Shown here: positions 25,333 through 34,091 of the stretch, piece by piece | Layout: each line of letters starts with the position of its first letter | Numbering within the stretch: position 1 is the first letter of the stretch | Assembly: GCA_028865615.1 (NCBI GenBank) | Contig: JAGWJT010000003.1 | Coordinates: forward strand, 1-39,376 | Reading direction: 5' to 3' | Source: Patescibacteria group bacterium | Lineage (GTDB): Bacteria; Patescibacteriota; Minisyncoccia; Phycocordibacterales; PALSA-1337 | DNA: 39,376 nucleotides | Translations under genes and position numbers: made by a program | Notes under the pieces: model-generated | Database searches by the model: none | Told to the model about the DNA's origin: nothing | Seen by the model: the letters and a program-made list of their open reading frames with translations, nothing else

Positions 25333-28300
25333 ATGAATGAGAAAAAGCCGACCAAGTCCAACCATGCGGAGCGCGAAGAACGCATACTGAAGCTCTGGAA
25401 GGAGAAGGACATATTCGAGAAGAGCCTGAATAAGCCGGCACCCAAAGGCGAATTTGTGTTCTATGAAGGTCCGCCGACGGCCAATGGCCGGCCGGGCATA
25501 CATCACCTGGAGGCTCGCGCATTCAAGGACGCCATCCCGCGCTATAGGACCATGCGCGGCTATCATGTGCGCAGGAAGGGAGGCTGGGACACGCACGGCT
25601 TGCCCGTGGAGCTGGCCGTGGAAAAGGCTCTAGGCCTCAAGTCCAAGAAGGAGATAGAGTTATACGGCATAGCGGCCTTCAACGAGAAATGCAAAGAGGA
25701 CGTCTGGAAGTACGTCCATGAATGGGAACAGTTCACCGACCGCATGGGATACTGGGTCGACCTCAAGGATCCGTACATCACGTATAAGCCTGACTATATA
25801 GAGTCCGTATGGAACGTGGTCAAAGAGACAGACAAACGCGGCCTTCTATACAAGGACTACAAAGTCGTGCCGTGGTGCCCTCGTTGCGGCACCGCTCTGT
25901 CTTCGCACGAGTTGGCGCAGGGCTATGAGGACAGGAAGGATTTGGCGCTGACGGTGAGATTCAAGATTCAGGATTCAAGATTCAAGAATGGAGACGGAAA
26001 TGTTTACCTTTTAGCCTGGACGACGACGCCGTGGACATTGCCAGGCAATGTGGCGTTAGCTATTAACCCGGGCATCGATTACATAAAAGTAAAAGACGCA
26101 CACATTGACCAATTAGTGCAAATGCCATTAGACAAGACAGTGACACCGCCTTCTTCGAAAGAGATTGTCGAAATATTTATCCTTGCCAAAGATCGTTTCG
26201 ATAGTTTAAGACACTTGTTCAAGAATCCGGTGGTAATCGAGACCTTCAAAGGTTCTGACCTGGTCGGCCTCGAATATGAGCCGCTGTATCCATTCTTGAA
26301 AAACAATGCGAGCGGCGCGGAGAAAGACAAGCTGAAGAATGCATTCAAGGTATATGCCGGAGATTTCGTCACCACCGAGGACGGCACGGGCATAGTACAT
26401 ATAGCGCCCATGTACGGCCAAGACGACTTTGAGCTGGGCACGAAGGCAGGCTTGCCGAAATATCACCTGGTCAACGACGACGGCACATTCAAGAAAGAGG
26501 CCGGATTCCTGGCGGGGAAATTTGTCAAAGATGAAGCCACTGATGTGGAGATCATCAAAGACTTGGCCGGACGGTCCGGCGGCAGTCTGTTATTCCATAA
26601 GGAGAAGCATCAGCACTCATATCCCACATGTTGGCGCTGCCACACGCCGCTCATATATTTCGCTCGAGACAGCTGGTATATAGCCATGTCCAAGCTCCGC
26701 AACAACATGGTCAAGGAGAATGAGGGCATACATTGGGAACCGGACTATATCAAGGAGGGCCGCTTCGGCGAGTGGTTGCGCGACATAAAGGATTGGGCTA
26801 TTTCCCGCGAGCGATATTGGGGCACACCACTGCCTGTATGGGCTTGCGACAAATGCGGCAAGCGCCGGGTAGTTGGTTCCGTTGCCGAAATCGCCAAGAA
26901 GCCCCGCAACAGCTACTGGGTCATGCGGCACGGCCAGGCAGACAACAATGTCCAGAATATATTGGATTCTGAAGAGAGAGACGTAAAAGTTCCGTCACAT
27001 CTGACCGATCTTGGGAAGAAGCAGGCGTTGGAAGCCGTGGCGGTATTGCAAAAGATAAAGCCAGACTTGGTTTTCGTGTCGCCGCTTATGCGGACTAGGG
27101 AGACTGTAACTGTGTTGAAAGAAAAGCTTGGTTGGTCGGATGATATGGTGATTTTTGATGATCGTATCCGCGAGATGGGCATGGGCGAGTGGAACGGACG
27201 CAATATCAACGATTTTTACAAAGAGGCCCACTATGAAGAACGGTTCGTCAAATGCGCTCCTAGCGGCGAGACTTATGCCGATATCAAGAAGCGCATGGGT
27301 GATTTCCTCTATGACATCGAGACCAAATATGAAGGCAAAAAAATATTGGTCATCTCGCATGAGACGCCGGTATTCCTGATCATGGCGGCCGCTATGGGAT
27401 TGGATCGCACACAATCGCTGTCGTTCAGGGGCCGCAGAGACTTCATAGGCAATGCCGAGGTCAGGCCTGTAGATTTCCGCGTAGTGCCTCACAACTCGGA
27501 ATACGAGCTCGACTTGCACAAGCCGTTCATAGACGAGGTGAAGCTGGCCTGTGTGTGCGGCGGGGAAATGAAGCGTGCGAAGGAAGTCATGGACGTGTGG
27601 TTCGACAGCGGGTGCATGCCGTTCGCGCAAGATCATTATCCTTTTGAAAGTCAAAAGTCAAAAGTCAAAAGTCAAAATTTAATCGCAAAATTATTCAATC
27701 TGAAGGACGGATTAACGTATCCGGCGGATTTTATCTCTGAAGCCATAGACCAGACTCGCGGCTGGTTCTACACCTTGCATGCCGTGGGCGCTCTCATGGG
27801 GCGCGGCAAGGCCTACAGGAATGTCATATGCCTCGGTCACATACTTGATGCCGAGGGCAAGAAGATGTCCAAGCACATAGGCAACGTCGTATCTCCTTGG
27901 GACATGATGGACAAGTATGGCGCAGATGCATTGCGCTTCTGGATGTATTCCGTCAACCAGCCCGGTGAGCCCAAGAATTTCGACGAGAAGACGGTAGATG
28001 AAGTGGTCAAGAAAGTGTTCAACTTGGCGGCTAATGTGTTGTCGTTCTACAAGATGTATGAGGATAAAGATTCAGGATTCAAGATTCAGGATTCAAGAAT
28101 GGAATCGCAAAATGTCTTGGACAGGTGGATTGTGGCCAGACTGGATCAATTGATAGAAACTGTCACGAACGGATTGGATGCTTATGTATTCTTGGAATCG
28201 ACACGGGCAATAAGGGACTTCATAGGAGATCTGTCGCAATGGTATTTGCGCAGGTCGCGCGACAGATTCAAGGGGGATGATGAGGCTGACAAGAATGCCG

Positions 28301-28908
28301 CTCTGGCGACCACTCGATACGTCCTGTTGACCTTGGCCAAAGTCATGGCGCCATTTGCGCCGTTCTTTGCGGAGGAATTGTACGCCGAAGCCGGCGGACC
28401 ATCGGAGAGCGTTCACCTGGAGGAGTGGCCTGAAATAGATTCAAGATTCAAGATTCATGATTCAAGACTCGTCGCGGACATGGCAATGGTGCGCCATGTT
28501 GCGTCAAAAGGTCTTGAAGCGCGCATGAAGGCCAAGATCAACGTCAGGCAACCGCTTGCCAGATTAAAAGTCAAAAGTCAAAATGTAAAACTGCCGGAAG
28601 AATTCATGGAGCTGATCAAAGATGAGGTCAATGTCAAAAATGTTGTATTTGACGACGGCGTTGAAGGCGATGTAGAGCTAGACACGGTCGTGACCCCCGA
28701 ACTCAGAGAGGAAGGCGAACTGCGGGAGCTTTTGCGCAAGATCCAAGACTTGCGTAAAGAAGCGGGCTTATCCATGAAAGACAAGGCATCTTTAACGATT
28801 ACGGCTGATTTGAATGGTTTGGCACACAAACATGAAGACGAGATCAAGAAGATCACAAATATCACGGATATCAGGATCGGCGAGATGTTGACGGTTATGG
28901 CCGAATGA
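25333..28908 (+). CDS. ileS: Isoleucine--tRNA ligase type 2 with an inserted histidine phosphatase domain
   Basis: EGPPTANGRPGIHH, GWDTHGLPVE, WTTTPWTLPGN, GTGIVH.AP, DWAISRERYWG, DVWFDSG, DQTRGWF, KMSKH; insert RHGQA...SPL.RT.ET...VISHE. Confidence 0.97.
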   Translation: MNEKKPTKSNHAEREERILKLWKEKDIFEKSLNKPAPKGEFVFYEGPPTANGRPGIHHLEARAFKDAIPRYRTMRGYHVRRKGGWDTHGLPVELAVEKALGLKSKKEIELYGIAAFNEKCKEDVWKYVHEWEQFTDRMGYWVDLKDPYITYKPDYIESVWNVVKETDKRGLLYKDYKVVPWCPRCGTALSSHELAQGYEDRKDLALTVRFKIQDSRFKNGDGNVYLLAWTTTPWTLPGNVALAINPGIDYIKVKDAHIDQLVQMPLDKTVTPPSSKEIVEIFILAKDRFDSLRHLFKNPVVIETFKGSDLVGLEYEPLYPFLKNNASGAEKDKLKNAFKVYAGDFVTTEDGTGIVHIAPMYGQDDFELGTKAGLPKYHLVNDDGTFKKEAGFLAGKFVKDEATDVEIIKDLAGRSGGSLLFHKEKHQHSYPTCWRCHTPLIYFARDSWYIAMSKLRNNMVKENEGIHWEPDYIKEGRFGEWLRDIKDWAISRERYWGTPLPVWACDKCGKRRVVGSVAEIAKKPRNSYWVMRHGQADNNVQNILDSEERDVKVPSHLTDLGKKQALEAVAVLQKIKPDLVFVSPLMRTRETVTVLKEKLGWSDDMVIFDDRIREMGMGEWNGRNINDFYKEAHYEERFVKCAPSGETYADIKKRMGDFLYDIETKYEGKKILVISHETPVFLIMAAAMGLDRTQSLSFRGRRDFIGNAEVRPVDFRVVPHNSEYELDLHKPFIDEVKLACVCGGEMKRAKEVMDVWFDSGCMPFAQDHYPFESQKSKVKSQNLIAKLFNLKDGLTYPADFISEAIDQTRGWFYTLHAVGALMGRGKAYRNVICLGHILDAEGKKMSKHIGNVVSPWDMMDKYGADALRFWMYSVNQPGEPKNFDEKTVDEVVKKVFNLAANVLSFYKMYEDKDSGFKIQDSRMESQNVLDRWIVARLDQLIETVTNGLDAYVFLESTRAIRDFIGDLSQWYLRRSRDRFKGDDEADKNAALATTRYVLLTLAKVMAPFAPFFAEELYAEAGGPSESVHLEEWPEIDSRFKIHDSRLVADMAMVRHVASKGLEARMKAKINVRQPLARLKVKSQNVKLPEEFMELIKDEVNVKNVVFDDGVEGDVELDTVVTPELREEGELRELLRKIQDLRKEAGLSMKDKASLTITADLNGLAHKHEDEIKKITNITDIRIGEMLTVMAE
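25961..25988 (+). repeat. In-frame heptamer tract in ileS
   Basis: TCAAGAT TCAGGAT TCAAGAT TCAAGAA, encoding FKIQDSRFKN. Confidence 0.9.
27651..27678 (+). repeat. In-frame heptamer tract in ileS
   Basis: (TCAAAAG)3 TCAAAAT, encoding SQKSKVKSQN. Confidence 0.9.
28071..28098 (+). repeat. In-frame heptamer tract in ileS
   Basis: TTCAGGA TTCAAGA TTCAGGA TTCAAGA, encoding DSGFKIQDSR. Confidence 0.9.
28437..28467 (+). repeat. In-frame heptamer tract in ileS
   Basis: AGATTCA AGATTCA AGATTCA TGATTCA AGA, encoding DSRFKIHDSR. Confidence 0.9.
28564..28584 (+). repeat. In-frame heptamer tract in ileS
   Basis: TTAAAAG TCAAAAG TCAAAAT, encoding LKVKSQN. Confidence 0.75.
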
Positions 28909-28936
28909 TGTATATGAAGTAGCCCGTATCCATTCC

Positions 28937-28964
28937 TGAATCATGAATCTTGAATCTTGAATCT
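28937..28964 (-). repeat. Intergenic heptamer tract, exact reverse complement of 28437-28464
   Basis: TGAATCATGAATCTTGAATCTTGAATCT. Confidence 0.9.
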
Positions 28965-28970
28965 GCTACC

Positions 28971-29555
28971 ATGTATGCCGTCCACACAACTCCCGGATTT
29001 GTAATAGGTTCCAAACCTTACGGCGAGGCCGGCAAGCTGCTCTCCATATTTACCCGTGACTTTGGTCTGGTGACCGCCACGGCCCAAGGCATAAGGCTGG
29101 AAAGATCAAAGCTGCGCTATCATGCCCAGGATTATAGTCTCGGAGAATTTTCGCTGGTGCGCGGCCGTGAATTCTGGCGGCTGACCAATGCCCGCCCGTA
29201 TGCCGATTTCCTATTGCCGACAGGAGTCGGTCCAGAGCCGGTCATACGCGCGGCTCTGCTTTTGAGGCGGTTGTTGCATGGAGAAGAATCAAACCCGCTC
29301 CTATTTGGACACGTATACGAATGCACTAGGTTTTTGGCGGGCAACCCGGATCTAGACGAGCGGCAAATGCAGGCCGCGGAGTCCCTGGTGGTGTTTAGGA
29401 TACTCGATGCCCTTGGTTATATAGGGGATAATCACGATCTGAACGGAGACCTGTTGTCATCTGTTTTGTCCGTCGGCTTGTTGGAGACCGCAAGCGGGCA
29501 GAGGATAGCCATAAACAAGCACATAAATACGGCCCTGCGCGAGAGTCATTTATAG
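28971..29555 (+). CDS. recO: DNA repair protein RecO
   Basis: GFVIGSKPYGEAGKLLSIFTRDFGLV.A.AQGIR...SKL; C-terminal ILDALGY. Confidence 0.88.
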   Translation: MYAVHTTPGFVIGSKPYGEAGKLLSIFTRDFGLVTATAQGIRLERSKLRYHAQDYSLGEFSLVRGREFWRLTNARPYADFLLPTGVGPEPVIRAALLLRRLLHGEESNPLLFGHVYECTRFLAGNPDLDERQMQAAESLVVFRILDALGYIGDNHDLNGDLLSSVLSVGLLETASGQRIAINKHINTALRESHL

Positions 29556-29564
29556 AGACCAATG

Positions 29565-29677
29565 AGAGACCCAAGGAACTTGCTCCTCAGGGCACGCGAT
29601 TTCTCTGCTGAGACATCGCTCAGTTCGAGCGCCAGTCGCGCTCGAAAGTCACTTCGGAGCAAGTTCCTTGGGTCTCT
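29565..29677. repeat. 113-bp palindromic element, variant of the folD/argS family
   Basis: 22-bp perfect terminal IR AGAGACCCAAGGAACTTGCTCC; inner GCGATTTCTC-TGCT-GAGACATCGC and TTCGAGCGC-CAGTC-GCGCTCGAA. Confidence 0.85.
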
Positions 29678-29692
29678 GGTATAATTAAACAC

Positions 29693-31630
29693 GTGCCTCC
29701 GGGAGACAAAAGCCGCATAGAAGACTTGAAGCGCTCCATGTACGACAGGAACGCCCCGGAAGTACGCACCAGGCGCAAGCTGCGGTTCATGGACAATACG
29801 CCCCGGGACGTAAAGACCGATTGGGAGCATCCGCCCGAGGAAGACGATAAGCCCCAAGAATTGAACCAGCATTATGAAGACCATTCCATGTCATTCTTCG
29901 CGAAATTGCTCATAGCCTCCGTCATATTCTGTATCGGCGCAATAGGTCTGGGCGCTTATCTATTCTTGAATGGGGCCAATCTGATATCCGCCAATAACAT
30001 AGATATAAACATAAGCGGGCCCGTATCCATACCGGGCGGTACCCCGGTCACGCTCTCCATAACGGTCACCAACAAGAACAGCGTCGATCTGGAGGGGGCA
30101 GACCTGGAAGTCGATTTTCCTGCGGGGACCACAGATCCAAATGACACCACGAAATCCCTCGATACTTACCAGCAGCTGCTCGGCAACATAGCGTCAGGAG
30201 CTTCGGTCACCAAGTCGGTCAAGGCCGTCATATTCGGCCAGGAGAATCTCCAGAAGGAGATTTCGGCCAAGGTCACTTATGGCATAAAAGGCTCCTCTTC
30301 CGTGTTTACCAAGGTGCAGACGTACGATGTCCTCATCAATTCATCCCCGGTAACGCTATCCGTTTCGTCATTCAGCCAGATAACTTCCGGTCAGCCTTTC
30401 GATATGACGGTAGACGTCAAGTCCAATTCGCAAAATACCTTGAAGAACATCGTACTCAAGGCTACATATCCGTTCGGATATTCATTTGGGCTGTCTTCCG
30501 TCAAACCGTTGTCCGACAATGCCACATGGGTCCTTGGAGACATGCCGCCCGGAGGGGACAGATCCATAGTCATACACGGCACTCTGTCCGGCGAAGATAG
30601 CGACCTGCGGGCGTTCCATTTCACGGTAGGGACTCAAAGCCAAGCCAAGCCGGGCATCATAAGCACGGCTTATATGGATACGGAACAGGATGTGACCATA
30701 GAGAAGCCTTTCCTGTCGTTCTCTTCGGAGATCAACAACAATCCGGTATCGTCCGATTTTGCGGCCAATTTCGGCCAGCCGTTGGAAATAAGCCTGCATT
30801 GGACCAACAATCTCGCCGAATCCCTGTCGAATGTGAATATAGTCGCCCACCTTTCCGGTTCGGCCTACGATCCTTCGGTGGTGTCGGCCCAGGGCGGATA
30901 TTTCCGGTCCGCGACGAACGATATCGTATGGAACCAGCAGACCGATCCGGAATTGGCTTCGGTGCCGGCCGGCGCCAGCGGCAATGTGACATTTTCGATC
31001 ATGCCGACCGATATCGGCATGTCCATGAATCAAGTAGTCGATCCGGAGATAACTTACTCCGTATCCGCTACCGGAGATAGGGCCAACGAATCAGGCGTAC
31101 CTCAACAGACTACGGCCGTAGTCACCAACATCAAGATATCTTCAAATGTCAGCTTGTCCGGACGGGTCGTCAGGGACCAGGGACCGTTCGTCAACACTGG
31201 CCCCATACCGCCCAAGGCCAACGTGAATACCACATACACGGTCATATGGACGGTCGACAACACATCCAATGCGGTGACGGATGCCGTGGTTACGGCGGTT
31301 TTGCCGCCATATGTCTCATGGGTTGGCACCAGCAGTCCCTCTACCGAGGACGTGTCGTATGACAGCAATAGCGGCACGATCACATGGAATATAGGCAATG
31401 TCGATACATACACCATAGGATCTTCGCAAAGGAGGCAGGTGGCTTTCCAGTTGTCGCTCTTGCCGTCAGTGGATCAGATCAGCAAGGATCCGACTTTGAT
31501 CAACCAGGCTACGTTGACAGCCACAGACGGCTGGACGGGCGCGTCTTTGCAGAGCAAACAAAGCTATTTGACTACCAGGTTCAGCACCGACCCATCGTTC
31601 AAAGTCGGCGATGAGATAGTCGGCCAATAA
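29693..31630 (+). CDS. Single-pass membrane protein with extracellular Ig-like (DUF11-like) domains
   Basis: Charged N-terminus, one TM, beta-rich repeats (ITVTNKN, W.LGDM..G, ITWNIG). GTG 7 nt after TG-G-TATAAT. Confidence 0.8.
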   Translation: MPPGDKSRIEDLKRSMYDRNAPEVRTRRKLRFMDNTPRDVKTDWEHPPEEDDKPQELNQHYEDHSMSFFAKLLIASVIFCIGAIGLGAYLFLNGANLISANNIDINISGPVSIPGGTPVTLSITVTNKNSVDLEGADLEVDFPAGTTDPNDTTKSLDTYQQLLGNIASGASVTKSVKAVIFGQENLQKEISAKVTYGIKGSSSVFTKVQTYDVLINSSPVTLSVSSFSQITSGQPFDMTVDVKSNSQNTLKNIVLKATYPFGYSFGLSSVKPLSDNATWVLGDMPPGGDRSIVIHGTLSGEDSDLRAFHFTVGTQSQAKPGIISTAYMDTEQDVTIEKPFLSFSSEINNNPVSSDFAANFGQPLEISLHWTNNLAESLSNVNIVAHLSGSAYDPSVVSAQGGYFRSATNDIVWNQQTDPELASVPAGASGNVTFSIMPTDIGMSMNQVVDPEITYSVSATGDRANESGVPQQTTAVVTNIKISSNVSLSGRVVRDQGPFVNTGPIPPKANVNTTYTVIWTVDNTSNAVTDAVVTAVLPPYVSWVGTSSPSTEDVSYDSNSGTITWNIGNVDTYTIGSSQRRQVAFQLSLLPSVDQISKDPTLINQATLTATDGWTGASLQSKQSYLTTRFSTDPSFKVGDEIVGQ

Positions 31631-31671
31631 AACCTCTAGAAAACATAAAACCGCAAAGAAAACCGCGAAGA

Positions 31672-31700
31672 TTGACAACAGGCTTCAACTTTGCTAAGTT
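31672..31700 (+). promoter_or_regulatory. Near-consensus sigma70 promoter
   Basis: TTGACA, 17-bp spacer, TG-C-TAAGTT; A-rich upstream with AAAACCGC twice; GCTAAG/CTTAGC inverted repeat over the -10. Confidence 0.75.
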
Positions 31701-31705
31701 TCTGC

Positions 31706-31973
31706 TTAGCTTTTGCACCATAAGAAGCATTTGATTTGCTCGACAGTCGGTTCCTCAGAGGAATTTCCAATTCCTTAGCGAATTGTCGAGCATGCCCGGC
31801 CGGGCCATCGAGACGTGCGATGCACGACGCCTAGAAAGCGACTGATGTTCCCGGCCGGGCGCGGCCGATTTCCTGCCCGCCTCAACTTACGGACAGGCGC
31901 CCCCGCAAAGTCACTACGAACCGCCGATTCTTCCCAATTCCGTGGCGGTCAGACTTTGTGGGGGCTTCACTTT
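31706..31973 (+). ncRNA. Candidate structured leader/ncRNA upstream of glyQS
   Basis: Four stems: GCTCGACA/TGTCGAGC, GCCCGGCCGGG/CCCGGCCGGGC, CCTGCCCG/CGGACAGG, GCCCCCGCAAAGTC/GACTTTGTGGGGGC followed by TTCACTTT. Confidence 0.55.
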
Positions 31974-32009
31974 GGCCGAATAGGCGCATATGGTGTAGAA
32001 TGCTTTTTA

Positions 32010-33422
32010 ATGAAAGAGACCAACAAAGCTCCCGCTCCGGATCTGATGGACAAGATAGTGGCGCTCTCCAAGCGCCGCGGCTTCATATACCGGGGCTCCG
32101 AGATATACGGCGGCTTGGCCGGCACATGGGATTACGCCCATTATGGCGTGGCTCTGAAGAACAACGTCAAAGCCATCTGGTGGAAGCGTTTTGTCACAGA
32201 CAGGGAAGACATATACGGCATGGATGCGGCTATACTCATGAATCAGAAGACCTGGCAGGCCAGCGGCCACGTCAGCGGTTTTTCCGATCCGCTAGTCGAG
32301 TGCAAGAAGTGCAAGCAGCGATTCCGAGCCGATCATGTCAAGAAAGTGCCGGCTGATCCGGTCGAGCACGGTTTGATTGGCAAGGCGTTGGAGTTAAAAG
32401 GGAGTATTGCTTATTGGGAGTGTGAGGATTGTGGCACTACCAATGTTGTGAATACGCGCCAATTCAACATGATGTTCAAGACAAATGTCGGAGCCGTCGA
32501 AGACGACGATTCGATATCGTATCTGCGTCCGGAGACCGCCCAGGGCATGTTCGTCAATTTCAAGAATATCGTAGACAGCTTCCATCCCAAGCTGCCTTTC
32601 GGCATGGCTCAGATAGGCAAGGCCTTCAGGAATGAGATCGCCCCGCGCGATTTCCTGTTCCGCTCGCGCGAATTCGAGCAGATGGAGATAGAGTATTTCG
32701 TGAAGCCGGCCGGATGGGAGAAGTCATTCGAGGACTTCCGCAAAGAAATGCACGCTTTTGTCGGAGACGTAGGACTTGATGACAAGAAAGTCCATGAATT
32801 GGAAGTGCCTGACGGCGAGCGCGCCCACTACTCCAAGCGCACCATAGATTTCGAGTTTGATTATCCTTTTGGCAAGAAGGAGCTGTACGGCTTGGCATAT
32901 CGAACCGATTTCGATCTATCCGCACATGCAGGTATGTCCAAGGCCAATCTTGAATATTACGATGAAGAGACCAAGGAGCGATACATACCGCATGTCATAG
33001 AGCCTTCATTTGGCGTCGATCGCACTGTGTTGGCGATACTTTCTAACGCATACACGGAGGATGAAATGGGCGGGGAGAAGAGGACTTACTTGAAACTAGC
33101 TCCGTCTGTCGCGCCGGTCAAAGTAGCAGTATTTCCACTTCTCAAGAACAAGCCGGAATTGATCAAGAAGGCCCGCGAAGTCTATGAAGCGCTCAAAAAA
33201 GAGCCGGCCTTCGGTGGCGCGGTGGAATTTGACGACAACGGCAATATAGGCAAGCGCTACCGCAGGCAGGACGAGATAGGCACGCCGTACTGCGTCACCG
33301 TGGATTTCGACACCATCGAGAAGGGTGCCGGCGTCACCGTGCGAGATAGGGATAGTGGGAAGCAGGAACGTGTTCCTGAGAATGAGCTGTCAAAATATCT
33401 CTCAAAGCACCACACGATTTGA
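32010..33422 (+). CDS. glyQS: Glycine--tRNA ligase (alpha2 type)
   Basis: KRRGFIY..SEIYGG, YLRPETAQG, FRNEI.P, REFEQME, PHVIEPSFGVDR, IGKRYRRQDEIGTP. ATG 32010 preferred. Confidence 0.97.
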   Translation: MKETNKAPAPDLMDKIVALSKRRGFIYRGSEIYGGLAGTWDYAHYGVALKNNVKAIWWKRFVTDREDIYGMDAAILMNQKTWQASGHVSGFSDPLVECKKCKQRFRADHVKKVPADPVEHGLIGKALELKGSIAYWECEDCGTTNVVNTRQFNMMFKTNVGAVEDDDSISYLRPETAQGMFVNFKNIVDSFHPKLPFGMAQIGKAFRNEIAPRDFLFRSREFEQMEIEYFVKPAGWEKSFEDFRKEMHAFVGDVGLDDKKVHELEVPDGERAHYSKRTIDFEFDYPFGKKELYGLAYRTDFDLSAHAGMSKANLEYYDEETKERYIPHVIEPSFGVDRTVLAILSNAYTEDEMGGEKRTYLKLAPSVAPVKVAVFPLLKNKPELIKKAREVYEALKKEPAFGGAVEFDDNGNIGKRYRRQDEIGTPYCVTVDFDTIEKGAGVTVRDRDSGKQERVPENELSKYLSKHHTI

Positions 33423-33440
33423 ATCCAGCGTAATCAATTC

Positions 33441-34091
33441 ATGCACATCAAGAAGCTCCGACATTGCGCCATGGTCATAGATATCCCCAAGAAGGGGGGC
33501 GAGGCCGTGCGCGTGCTCACGGATCCGGGCATATACAGTCTCGAGGAGCACGACAAAGTGAAAGGCGTAGACATCGTGCTCATAACCCACGAACATGCCG
33601 ACCATTTCCACATAGAGTCGCTGAAAGCGTTGATCAAGCGCGAGCCCGATGTACAGATCGTCACCGATGTTGGAGTCGGGACTATTCTTGCCAAAGAAGG
33701 CGTCGCGCATCATGTCATGGAGCACGGCGATGCTGTCGACCTGAAAGGTGTACGCATAGAAGCCTACGGCAAAGACCACGCTTTTCTGCACGAGTCCTTG
33801 CCGCCCATGTCCAATGTCGGGTTTTTCCTGGAGAACAAGTTATTCTTCCCGGGCGACGCTTTTACAGATCCCAAGAAACCTATAGACGTCTTGGCTTTAC
33901 CGGTCGCAGGACCGTGGATGAAGATATCGGAGGCGGTGAATTATGCGTTGGAAGTAAAGCCTCGCCTGGCTTTTCCGGTGCATGACGCCGTCCGTATAGC
34001 CACTGCCCATCGTATCCCGGAAATGATCCTGCCAAAAAACGGCATAGAGTTCGTAAAACTCGAAGAAGGCGGGGAATTGGATGTGAGATAG
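33441..34091 (+). CDS. MBL-fold metallo-hydrolase
   Basis: LTDPG, THEHADH, PGDA, PVHD. Confidence 0.9.
   Translation: MHIKKLRHCAMVIDIPKKGGEAVRVLTDPGIYSLEEHDKVKGVDIVLITHEHADHFHIESLKALIKREPDVQIVTDVGVGTILAKEGVAHHVMEHGDAVDLKGVRIEAYGKDHAFLHESLPPMSNVGFFLENKLFFPGDAFTDPKKPIDVLALPVAGPWMKISEAVNYALEVKPRLAFPVHDAVRIATAHRIPEMILPKNGIEFVKLEEGGELDVR

Noticed and set aside
31706-31973. T-box or glycine riboswitch upstream of glyQS
   Set aside because: No GGTGGNACC T-box sequence and no glycine-aptamer GGAGA...CCGAAG core; kept as an unclassified RNA.
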